Shown here: positions 36,401 through 49,257 of the stretch, piece by piece
How the letters are laid out: every line of letters begins with the position of its first letter
Numbering within the stretch: position 1 is the stretch's first letter
NCBI GenBank assembly: GCA_964270895.1
Contig: OZ185445.1
DNA length: 64,000 bases
Source: Podarcis filfolensis
Taxonomy: Eukaryota
Direction: 5' to 3' (one strand)
Position numbers and translations under genes: made by a program
Notes under the pieces: model-generated
Seen by the model: the letters and a program-made list of their open reading frames with translations, nothing else
What the model was told of the DNA's origin: nothing
Databases searched by the model: none

Positions 36401-37312
36401 ATGTATATTCAAATGTCATTTTTTATACTTTTGTTTATTGTGGAGCTTTGTATTTATTAAATGTTCCTTTCAAGCACATGGAGATCACATAGTGATCTAC
36501 TCATTGAGCTTTCTGCCCAGGTGAAACACGATAGCTCTTCTGAATAAACTATGTGCATCAGTGTACATTTTAGTTATATGTACTGTTTTATTGTGCTACT
36601 CTCATTTCACAGTGATGACTGTTTTGACAAAGAGATGAGAGAGGAAGGAGTCTAATATATGTGTGGAAAAAAATAGTTAAGTCTAGGCTAGCGGACATAA
36701 ACATTTAAAATCTGTGTCCAGTTTTTGTATCTGAGCCTGCAACATATTTATTCAGAACAGTTTCTTCATGATGAGGACTGTAGACTAGCCTTAAAAGGCA
36801 GCCCAGATTTACAGGAATACAAACCATATATAGAGTTTATAGTTGGTGATAAGACATAACCACCTAATGTTTATTGTGAATTGTGGCAGATCTGCTGCTT
36901 CCGAAATGGTATTGTTATGATTGTCCTTACTACATCTGATCTTGTTTATTTTGAACACTTATTTTCTAAGGAATTGGCATTTCATTTTCAGATTGTCTGC
37001 ATCAGAACCATTTTTTACTCTGTGTTGTAACTTTTGATTAAAGCCCTATACATTAGCATATAAATTGTAACAGTTCGTTTATTTTAATGGGGGAAATTTT
37101 TAAAACAAGATTTGGAAAAACTATGGGTGGTGTTTGATGTTAGTCATACTTAGAGTATGTATAGCTATTGAAGTAAATGAATTTAAGTAACTTTGATTTC
37201 GCTGGGTCTATTTTCTGAGTATGACTTGGTTGGGTTTCACTCGTAAGAAAATTATGCACAAATGTTATGGAGCTTTGTTTGATTAAAAAATGTATGTGTT
37301 TGTTTTCTTTAG

Positions 37313-37525
<213 letters not shown>

Positions 37526-40500
37526 TAAAAAAAATTAATTTTTAGTGTAATCTTCTGTCAGAGCAATATGGTTTAGAAATACTTGCATAAGAGCTGTCAA
37601 TATTTTTTAGTTAGCTATAGGAAGAATAGAAAATCTTTGCAAGATTTTTTTTTACAGTATAAAATTCTGAGATGCACAGCAATCAAGCGTGTGCCTTGGA
37701 TTCAGGTGAATCCCAATTCTAAGTGGGGTGCCTCATAGGGTTTTTGGGATCTGTTAGAATTGAAATGGGAAGTATATGAGGAAGCAAGAGACAAAAGCAG
37801 GGACACTGAAGCACTTTACGGTGCCTCAGCAATCCAGACATCAGAACAATTTCTGCTTACCTGTATCTGTCAAAAATTAAAGTAGCATCTTTAAGCTTAC
37901 CATACAAGGAATAATACTGGGGTGGGTTGATGAAGAAGAGAGAGCAGACACCACTGACAGTTCAAGCTTACAATCAGTGGGAATGATATTACCCCCAAAA
38001 TAAATCCATTTTAGTTATTTGTGACTCCCAAATCAAATTTAAATATGCCTAGCACAAAAGCCCCTGGACCTATTTGCCTATTATTTGGCAAGCTTTATCC
38101 ATTCTGGCGGGGCTAGTATGCTTTCAGAATTCATCCACTTATCTTGGAGGGGGAAATGCTAAACTACACACACACACACACACACACACACTTCCAATAG
38201 TGAAGGGTGTGAAGGACAAAGTAGACCTGGTTGGACTGCAAAGTGAGTTAGGCAATAAAGTGCCTTGGACGCTAATGTACTGTTTTCTAGAGCACCAGAT
38301 TATGGTCTGAACTGAATCTTGTGACCAGTGTACACACCTAAGAGCAATATTGCAATAATTCTGAAACCATCTTAAGACCAGCATATCAAGTGACCACATG
38401 ATTGTTTCCTGATTTATCAGCAGATCTGCATGGAAGCACCCATGCTCTAGCAGCTCTCGTGCTCTTGGTATTAATGTATGATTCAGGCTTCAGGTGGCTT
38501 CATCACATGTTTCTTAAAGTGTATCATGGGGCTAAAAAAAAAAAGCCTTGTCCAGGCCAGACTCAAGAGACCGGAATTGCATGTGTAAGAACCACACGTA
38601 CAGCTGGAGCTTGTTTGTTTTTTAGTGCAGTGTTTCTGCTGCCAAGGAGACAAGCCACTTTTGAAACAGCAGCTTGTCTCTTTTAAAAGTGGGAAAGATA
38701 TGTTTTCTAAGAAGATTTTGCCATTCATTAATTTGTAAATATTTGTGTTAACAAAAACACTTTAAAATGTCTTGTTGCCCAATTTATTGGGGTTTTCTTT
38801 TACATCAGGGGTGGGGAACATTTTTAAAATATATAGACCTTACTGTGACCAGCCTAAATTGGCAGGTGGGTGGCCATGAAACAACATAATTATGATTTCA
38901 CATGTTTGACAGATGTGCAATGTCTCAAAATTGGTTAGTATTGAACCGTAGTCACTTGATGATATAACGGTGTTTGCTGTTGTGGTTTCATTAAGTACAC
39001 ACTACCAAATTTTATGATTTTGCAAAAACAGTCATGGAGTTTGCGTCCTAAAATATATTCGGTAGGTAGTGTAAAGTTGCAGCAACAGCTACCTGTAGCA
39101 TGGCAGTAATTTAAAGCAGTTTTATAGTAACCCTCTTCTTTCCTGAATAATCCCTGGAAACTTGTGAGGGGACAAGAGAACTCTAACATAATTCTGTGCA
39201 TCCTTAACAGACTAGCACTCCTGATTTTGAGGGAAGGCATGAATGTGACCAAGTTAAAAAGTAGGACTAAAAAGTTTAGTTAATTAATTTTAAACAGGGG
39301 TGGGAATCCAACCTTCTGCCCAGTCCTGGCCTGCCAAGGGGTTCAGTTTGGCCTGAAAGGCCATTTTCTCCAAACCATGCCCTTTAGATGATATAACTGA
39401 TGACTTCAGCTGATGGGCAGGAGGGCAGGGTTCAATCCTGCATTGGTTGTGCACCCTGTTCCCACATATTGTTTAGAACAAAGACCCAATAAAGAGGCTC
39501 CTGTCAGTTTATCTCTTTGGTTTCTATGTCTTTGAAAGCAGGCAGATCCTATATTTGATTATATGCACTGCTAGTTAATAATTAGCTTCAGCTGTTCCTC
39601 CATTACTACTATAACAACTTTATATGATACCAATCTGTACTGTTCAGATTTGTCATTTAGAATGTTAAGTGAGAAAATTATTGTATTTAGAAAACCGTAT
39701 TGCTGCAGATTCACTGTCCAGACATGAAGAAAATGTTTTAAGTTAAAATTACATTTTAAAGACCTCAGATTGATATGCTGGAGTTACACCATCCCTCTTC
39801 CTGATACTGAAAGAATTTTTTTCACAGATCTTTATCTGCTGTTTATAATAAAATGTAATATTTGTGTCATAAATTGGTTAGTGTTGAGCCATAGTCACAT
39901 ATAGCAGTGTTTGCTGTTGTATTTTCGTTAAGTACACACTACAAAATTTTATGTTTTTGTAATAACATATAATCTGGTAACATTGCAACTACATCTTTTA
40001 AAAATCAGAAGCCCCGTGTTGCATCTTCTTAGACTATTACTTAAAAATGCTCCAATCCCTGTAACTTTGAAGCAACTTGTGAAACTACCTTGTGGAACAT
40101 GCCCTTCACAACAATTGTACACAATTGTGAACAGATGTACGGTTTCTTATTCTCTTTCCTTGACCTGATTGTTTTCTGATTATTTAGAGAAGGCTTGGCA
40201 ACTATTGTTTAGGAACTGCTGTGGAACCTGAGAGGAAGTTCAGCGGAAGCAGTAAATCTTCTGTATAAACACAGTAGATGTTGCACTGCACATTTATTTA
40301 CAGCAGAGGCACAGGTTTGCTTCCTTTATAGGCTGGGGAAATAGCTGTGAAGCAATTGCTTTGAAAGTTTTTAAAAGAAAAATGTAATTTATAATTTCAA
40401 ACTCACCCCCCGCCCCCCCGAAAAAAGAAAAATACCCTTTTAAATTGCATCTGTTCTACTAAGATGTAGATGCCAAATGCAAACCAACTTTGTGTGGCAA

Positions 40501-41669
40501 CTGAATCTCTGAAGATCACCTGTTGGCAGTGATATGCCCTCTAACATTTCAAATGTGAAAATAGGGACCCTCCCGCTCATGAGTGAATGGTACAAAGCAG
40601 AGTGTAACAGCCCAATTAAGATTGTCCCCACTTGGCACTAGTAGAGGCGTCTCCACTTGTGAAAGGCAGGACACCTATTTATTACTGATTCCTCCTACTC
40701 AGTGCAGCCCCTGAAAAGCTTATCTTGAGTATTGGGAGGATATTGGGCTATACCATAGATTGCTATAGTTTGCAGTGCCTCCAGTTGCCCTGTAAATGAA
40801 GATTTGAAGAAGAAAAAAAGTTTATTTAAAAGGGGAGAAGGGTCAGGTGATCCACACCTTGGAGCATGAATCTAGTGCCTCCCCATCCCCCCCAAATAAC
40901 ATTCCTCCCTGTCTGGCTGTTGCATTTACAGACACCTTAGTCAATCTCCCATCCCTTATTTTGTGCAGCAGTTGCCAATCAGGCTGCTGCTTGGTCATGA
41001 TACTCCAGTCACCTTAACTGAGAGGCACCAAGGAGACTCTCCCTCTCTGTTTCCCTTTCATCTCTGGAAATCTTTCCAGTTGGTTAGGCCTTCATGGTCA
41101 AGGCATTCTGATTATAGTAGACAAATCACCTCCATCCTTCCTCCCCACTTTAGAGCCAGGGAGGGGCAGGGATCATTGCACAATTGCCAGGGTGGTTTCC
41201 ACCCTCTCTGTCATTTCCAGATTGAGTACAAGGCTCACTCTCCGTGGCAAGCAACACTGTGGAAACCTGACTTTGAAACTCCTGATACAAGCATAATGTT
41301 ACAGCTGCATTTGGCCGTAAAAGCACTGTGGTGTTTTTACAAAAATTTGCTTGGGTTGAGTGAACATGGTTGCTGGGTTGTAAAATAGAAGGGTGAGGGG
41401 AGTTGTTGGTCTGTTTGCCGTTGCAATACAGCCAAAAAATGTTTCCCTCCAGTAGTTTTTTTTTATAAAAAAATAACATATTGATAGAAAGCATTGAAAA
41501 ATAAATCCATGGTTGCAAAATGTTGCCTCGCTGAGTATTTGTTGTTTAATGTTAAAACTGTTTTTTAGTCATGTGTGCAGAGTGAGAATGGGAAGATGTA
41601 TGGTTCAGTATTTAAGGCTTATTGGAATAAGAAAAATCACATACTTCAAAACAACTATGATAATACTTA

Positions 41670-42357
41670 CCGTATTTTTCGCCCTATAGGACGCACTTTG
41701 GGGGGGGGAAATAAACGGGGAAAAATTATTTCCCCCCCCCCCGAGCCCCAAAGAGCAAAGAAGCTGTCCTGGCTTCGTTTTTAGCCTCAGGGCTGTGGGT
41801 CCAGGAGCGAAGGCGAGGTTGCGCAACCTCACCATCGCTCCCGGAGCTTGCAGGGTGGGGGGCGGGGGAAGCCCAAGCTTCCCCCATCCCCAGCCCCCAG
41901 AACGGGTCCGGGACCGATGGCGAGGTTTTGCACCCTCACCATCGCTCCCGGAGCTTGCTTGCGTCGCTGGGGGCGGGGGAAGCCAGAGCTTCCCCCATCC
42001 CCAGCCCCCAGAACAGGCTGTTGCCCGCAAGCCTTGCGCACCCGGGGGGAACTCCCCCCGGGCGCGCAAGGCTTGCGGACACCTGTGCGAAGCACGGGGC
42101 GTCCTCCAGAGGGCGCCCCGTGCTTTGAGCTGCAGGCTGCCGCCCGCAAGCCTTGCGAGCCCGCGGGAACTCCCGCCAGGCTCGCAAGGCTTGCGGATAG
42201 CTTCCTGAAGCCTGGAGAGGGAGAGGGGTCGGTTCGCACCGACGCCTCTCGCTCTCCAGGCTTCAGCGAAAGCCTGCATTCGCCCCATAGGACACACACA
42301 CATTTCCCCTTCATTTTTGAAGGGGAAAAAGGGCGTCCTATAGGGCGAAAAATGCGG
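41670..42357. mobile_element. Tc2-type MITE (long GC-rich variant, opposite orientation to 1255-1766)
   Basis: TA|CCGTATTTTTCGCCCTATAGGACGCAC ... GCGTCCTATAGGGCGAAAAATGCGG|TA, with an internal ~107-bp duplicated unit. Confidence 0.9.
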
Positions 42358-45300
42358 TAATAATTGTATAATGCCACTGAGTGCTCAAAATGTCTCACAT
42401 ATGTTATGTAGCTGCAGTCCTTACAACAGTGCTGTGAGGCAGTGGTAGGGAAGCTCTGGCCCATGGGCCAATCTTGGTTTGCCGTGGGTTCAAGTTTTGT
42501 CCTTGAGGCTGGTTTCTTTTTTTTTAAGCACACCCACTTGTCCATCAGCTGACAGCACTCCAATTAGCCGGGGTGGGAGTTTCAATTCCTCATGGAACTG
42601 GCATGTGTAGTCATGGCAGCAGGATTTAATCTCCCGCTCATCAGCTGTTGAGAGGAGACTTAAATTCTGCTCAGTTCGGCAGGATTCAGTACAAGCCCCT
42701 TCTTGATGACAGGGGTTAGCATTGAAACCTATACTAAAATGGAGGGGCAACCCTTCGTTTTAGCTAGGTGTTCAGTACACACCGCTTGTCATCAGGAAGG
42801 GGTTTGCCTTTAACTGCCTACTTAAATTGAGCTTTCATCTTCTGTTTTAGCAAAGAGCTTTGAAGTGCTGCCATAGTGACCTCAGGTGATTGATAAGTGG
42901 ATAGCCCTACCCACCTGTCAAATTTTGTCTAAACCTAATAAGAACCTGGTCCATGGAGCCAAATGTTTTCCCACCCCTTCTGTAAGCCAGGTCATATTTA
43001 AGTCGTATTGCAGATGGCAGTGTCTGAGGTTGGGGGTGGGGGAGCTTTAGTAAGGTTCACCTAGAAGTTCATGGTAGAGACAAGATTTGAACCAGGTACC
43101 TTCTGATGCAAAGTTCAGTCTTTTGACCATTCCATGATACAAAGAAGACAGTCTATGTCTTCTTTGTCTGCACCAGGACTTTACAGCCAATCGCTTCCTG
43201 CCCATACATCTCACAAAAGCTGCCCTTACAACTTAGGGGACCCTCCAGAGCAATATTGTACCTAGGGGCTGCTGTTGGAAAGGGAAATTGACTGAATCAG
43301 CAACAAACACTGAGTTTGTAATAAGTTATTTGTACAGAAACCTCTCTGGATCTCTGATCAATGTTTTGAATGAAGAAGGGATTCCAGTAAGCAAACTGAA
43401 AACTTTATTGGAAGAATGACAACATTTTGGCCAATGCACTGGACTTTAGTGCAAGATTATCTGATCATTAAGTAGACTGGAAAGCTATCTAAAACTTGCT
43501 ACAAGTGTCACACACAACAAAATGTTGTGGTGTGGAATGCTGTTGTTCAAGCTAGGATTCAATGCGCACTGAGCATTCTTAGTGGGCTGTTTGAGTCCCC
43601 CTACTGATATCTCCCTCTTGTGCATGGATGGGTCTGCTTTTGCTACGTAAGGACTGCCACTCAGAATTGAGATCTTTGTTTGTATATCTGATAAAGAAAG
43701 CAATGTTGTTAAGAATGCATCTTTTAAAAGTTAATCTCAGTATTGCATATACTTATGTGGTTATAAGTGGGCCAGAATTATGGTATCAGTGCAAAATACT
43801 CAGCAGTATATTCTGTAGCTAACTAGGTTTGCATCTTATCAGTGCTTGGATGGAACACCTCAGAAGCTCAATGTATGTCACTTTACGCTGTGTTTAAGAA
43901 ATGTTGCATGTAAATGTGACCAATAGTTGCAGTGATAGACATTGTAATGAACTGAAAATAATAGCAATGAAATGTCATCCCGTGTCACCCGAATGAGCTG
44001 TATGTACCTCGTGAAAGCCGTGATTGTGATGTTAATAAGGTTCTTAGTTCATAATTAATTTTTATCCTTTGAATTTCTTTGTTCCTGTAGTGTGTTTGAC
44101 CTGATTAATAGAGCTAATAAGAGTATTAGCAAAAATTGAACTTTTATAACCTGTGGTGTGCTTTGTGCATCCATTAAAGATTTAAATACTATAAGAAGAG
44201 GAAATTAGGTGCAGTTCATTAGGTACTTTAGTTTAGGTCCAATTACAAAAGGTGGGGTGTTTATGAATTGGTTATATTTGTAGTAAGCTTTAATAACTAT
44301 TCAAAGGAACTAATATTGAAAACAACCCTAAATCTCTACTAGTGGCAAAAGAACAACAACCTAGGGAGCACATTAAATACCAAGCAGTGTTGCCAGCTAA
44401 AATAGTTCTCGATATGGAAATTCAGGAAACAAAATTAACACGTTAATTTCAATCCAAGACTTGGTAGTGCCTTCTTGAGTTTGCTCAAGTGCCAGAGCTC
44501 TATGGAAGGGAAAGAGAAAGAAAGAAAGAAAAAGAACACTAACATGAGGAAAATATGTGCTTCCTAAACAGCAGAGGCCAACTGGTCACTGAGCAGAGGT
44601 GCAAAAGGGCCAATTTCTCTGGAGCAGATTAAGCTTGAGGAGAGGAGGAAAGAGGAAGGAAGAAAAGGTTCTGCATTCATCCATTTTTCTACACACTCCG
44701 CTAGGTCAGATGCTCAGAAGACCTAATTTCATTTGGTCTGCTCTGAGCATGACTAACATTGGATACAACTCCATGCAACTTCTTAACAAATTGAATCACA
44801 CACCTTTGTCTTTTACAAAATGGCTCTGCATGACATGTGAATGCAGCCAAAGTCTAAAATCCAGTTGTAAAATATTAGTTTTAGCAATATCTTTTGTGTT
44901 CCTAGACCTGACTAACTTTGTATCATCTATTTTTAATATTTAATTTAGATGGAGCTGTGTTTTATAGATTCTTAAATATTCTGTCACCTATAGGGTTTCC
45001 AGACTCTGAAACAGACCTTTTTAAAAGATAGAAAGAAGAAAGGATATTCTTTGGGGACCATTTTTCAGGCAGAAAAGTAAAGTTAAACAACTCAGCTATG
45101 TGCAGGGGCCTGTAAAATAAGCTCTGAAGAGCAGCAGTAATTGTGTTTGAATATGAAGTAAAATTCTGACAGTATGCCTGCTGTGTTTATTGCTGGTTGA
45201 ACAGGAAATCGGTGATTAATCTGCCTGGCAGAATCATTTCCCAACAGCATTGGTAATCCACCATACAAAGCTACTAGCTTCCAAATAATACAGTATCGGA

Positions 45301-45441
45301 AGTGGCTGGACTGCTAGACAAAAAGTGATGGAATTATATATCCCTTGGGTAGAACATGGTCTCAGAGCCTTCAACTGGTGAATTTAACAGACAGTTGCCT
45401 CTCAAACTAGGAAGTTTGAGCGATAATACTCCACTGGGCCA

Positions 45442-46145
45442 TAGGCCTGGGCAGTATATCAATATATCACCCAGGACCGGTATGAGGAGCAGACCATGAT
45501 GTCAGCTTCACTCAGTGGTATATTGCTGGGGAAACCGCCACTGCTCCTGAGTCCTTGTGCTCGCAGCGTTGGCTAGAGTTCCTTCCTCCAGTGGGCGATG
45601 CTAGCAGAGGGACTCAGGAGCGGCGGCGGTTTCACCAGCGATATATTGCTGAGTGAAACCACTATCCCACTCTGCCCTCATACAATGCAAAGGTAGAAAC
45701 AAGCTGTATCAGCAAGGTGCCAATACAACTTGTTCCTCCCTCTGCATCTTTAAACTGCTCAGCTGAGGAGTGGGCAGCTGCCCTTACCTTAGTCGAGCAG
45801 TTAAAAGAGCCCCAGGCCAGCCAGTGGCAGGGTGGGGGCTCAGTGAAACTGCTCAGCTGAGGGGAGCGTAGTTGCTGCTCCCCGCAACAAATAGTTAGCA
45901 CCGAGGCTGTCTCAGCTGGGGAAGGGGAATGTTCCTGATCCTCAGCTGAGCAGCGCAAACAAGCTTCATTGTCCCAGCCCACAAGTGCCTGAGTGAAACC
46001 ACCAGAGCTGGGGCAGTTTCACCCAGTGTCTCGTGGGCAGAGACCAATGCATTTTGGTTTTTTCAACACTGTGATATATCGCCAAACTGCAATGTTTGGC
46101 TGGCGATACACTGCGATGTTGAAAAGCTGGTATCGCCCAGCCCTA
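45442..46145. mobile_element. hAT-like non-autonomous element with internal long palindrome
   Basis: Ends TAGGCCTGGGCAGTATA / TATCGCCCAGCCCTA. The flanking 8-mers CTGGGCCA / CTGGGGAC match only partly, consistent with a decayed TSD. Confidence 0.7.
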
Positions 46146-49014
46146 CTGGGGACTTGACCTGTATGTTTCTTGTAGCCTTAGTCATGATTCTGCAGTAACT
46201 GACAGTGGTGTCATAAACATACTTTAACTTCTGGAAAAGGAGGAAGAAAGGCTGCATGAATTAGCAAGTTCACTGGCCCTTCAAATAGGGCTGATGCTAA
46301 ATGGTGAATTACAAGTAGCATGTAATGGTCGGCTTTATTGCACGTTGAGCTTGTAAAAAAGAATGCCATGTGGTGCACTGAGATTTTGTTTTCTGCTTGG
46401 CTTTGACAGTCACTCACAGGCAGTTTCAAATTATTTGTTGATCAAAATGCTCCCTCTCCTGTTTTGTCTAGATTAAGATTTAAAAAGATACATCCTGCTT
46501 TTACAAACTAGCAACTCGTCCTTTAGAGAGGCGTCCTGGAAGGCCTAGAGCAGTCTACAGATAGACAAGTCTTTGCAGCCAAAGATTTGGGTAAAGATAG
46601 TCATACAGCACAATCCTAACCATCCCTAGTTGGAAGCAATCACCAACCTTGTTCCATTGTGAAAGTTCCATTGTAAAAATTACATTAATAAATTGTATTA
46701 ATGATTCACTTCAATTCTCCTTCAGTTGAGGGAAGGCAGAATCTTCAACTCTGAGGCTGTTCCTCATTCTGTTACCTGACCTGTGGCAAATGTCTATTGT
46801 GATGTTGAAATTCTAAATAAGCAGTGCTCATTGTTATGAACCTGTCAAAGAAACAACTGCATTACTAGTTCCATGAGGTTTGAATGAGACTTAGTTCCAA
46901 TAATGATCTGTAAGTGAACTGGTGCAAAAAATGCTTTCAGATTTTCTTTTCATGGAAGGGGAATTGGAATATCGCTCGGCTTCTGGCTTCCATATTATGG
47001 TGCTCAGGCAAGTAGACAGTTTGCACAAGTAGTTGGGATGGCATTTCATCTCTGAGAAACTTACAAGAGATTTTGTAGTGCTGAGGCTTCATCTTTCAAA
47101 ATTAGTATTGGCCAATTGTATGAAAATGCGAACTATGACACGTGAGTGTCATCTTCCAAGCAGCCGCATTTAAGCTTGCATGAAACTCTGCGTCTAAGAA
47201 CCTCTCCTGGCTTACAACACTTCCTGGGGTTTTCATGAATCAGAAGCAATCTGTGCTGCTACTATTCAGTCTTCTGAGATCTGGTGTCTTCTGTACCTCT
47301 CTTACCACAGTGCTACTGTATCTAATTATACTGGGTTGTTCCCCCTCCTCACAAGTTGTTGTGTTTTTTTATAGAAACCTTCACTGGTGAGTCTTGAATA
47401 ATCATGGACTTCAGGGCACATATAAGTAAAAGCTCTTAAGGAAGTAGTAGGTTAGGTGAAATATGGGAAATAAACTTATAGAGAAACTACCATTGAGGAG
47501 GACATTCTGTCCTGGTCCACAAACAGATCACTGACATGTGATGCAATTAAGTAAAAGGAGGTGGGAGGGGGCTATTGCACCATTGGCTCTTACATGAAAC
47601 AGACTACAATCTTTTGTATTGTATGGCATGCCAATTTGTATAATACGATAGCTATAATTAATCATTCTACTGCTGCTTACCCTTCAGGGTCTTGACCCTG
47701 AGTGAGAACCTGGAGGCTGAGAGGTAGGGTGTGTCAGAAGGAAAAATCAATTAATACTGATTTATATATAGTTTATATATAGTAGTAACTTTGTGTTAAT
47801 GTAACATTTTTATATGTTTTATATGTTTTTATATGTTTTATATGTTTTGTTTAAGATATCTGTTGTTGCTTCAGTTAAGATATATTGTTAATGTATTAAA
47901 CAGTATAGAAATTAAATAATCATCAGAACAAACATCACTGCAAGGCATAATTATTATGTTCCTGTTCACTCTAGTGCAGCCTTCCCATAGCCTGGTCCTC
48001 TCCATATGTTTCATATAGCAACTCAAATCATCCCTGGCACTGGCTATGCTGGCTGGGGCTGATGGGAATTGGAGTTCAAAACATCTGGAGAACACAAGGT
48101 TCTGCTCTAATGAAAAGTTGCATACCACTGTTTTAATACTTCCCTTCCCATGATGGTCTGAAGGGATCGTTTTAAGCTTTGGGGCTGAAGGAGTGTTCCG
48201 CGTGAATCTGCTGTATGCTGAAGTCCATCTGCTTTCATCATAATCAAGAAATACTATTTTAAAGGGAAACCTCTAATGTAATTGGTTTCTGCTGCTTTCA
48301 TTGGTTTGGTGTTGTATGTTTCTATGCACTGGTTTTTAATTGTATTCTGGTTTTTATTGAATTGTTGCTGCCTTGGAGATTGGTGTCTCGGTCAAAAATA
48401 CAGGATATTAAATGTGTCAATAAATTTTACTGCATTCTCAGTAGTAATTCTACTCATGCAGTTAACTTATTTTGTAGATCTTCATTAATGTTCAGAGTTT
48501 GCTTCATTAACCTTTCTATTTCATAAAGGTACTATATTCTGATTTTTCTTGGTTGGATCCTGACAGTGCAACATTAATAATCATGATTATCTCAGTTTGG
48601 CTGAATATAGCAACTGATATGAAACATAATGATTAACTTTTATTGGGTCTTTTAATGTGAATTGTCATCTGCTGTGGTATCGATGATAAAGGCTGGATAT
48701 AAATATGAATAAATGAAAATACCTGTGTGGTGTGTGGTGTTGTTTTTTAAGATTAAAGTAGCAAATTATGGAAAAGGCTTTATCTGAGATTTTAGAGAGC
48801 CACTGCATGTCACAGTAGTCCGTACAGGGGTACATAAACTGATGGTCTAATTTGGTATATGGTAGCTTGTTAAAGGACTGCTAAGACTGTCACAGAAAAT
48901 GAAGCTGGTGAAATCAGGTTTAACATGATTTGGGCCCGGTGAATGGTCTGGGAGTATCTGGAGCGGCAGCATTGCCAAAACTAAGCAGGTATGAGCTTGG
49001 TTGGGAAACAATGA

Positions 49015-49257
<243 letters not shown>

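Noticed and set aside
41605-42563. 232-aa and 244-aa minus-strand ORFs
   Set aside because: They coincide with the long Tc2 MITE and its internal GC-rich repeats.
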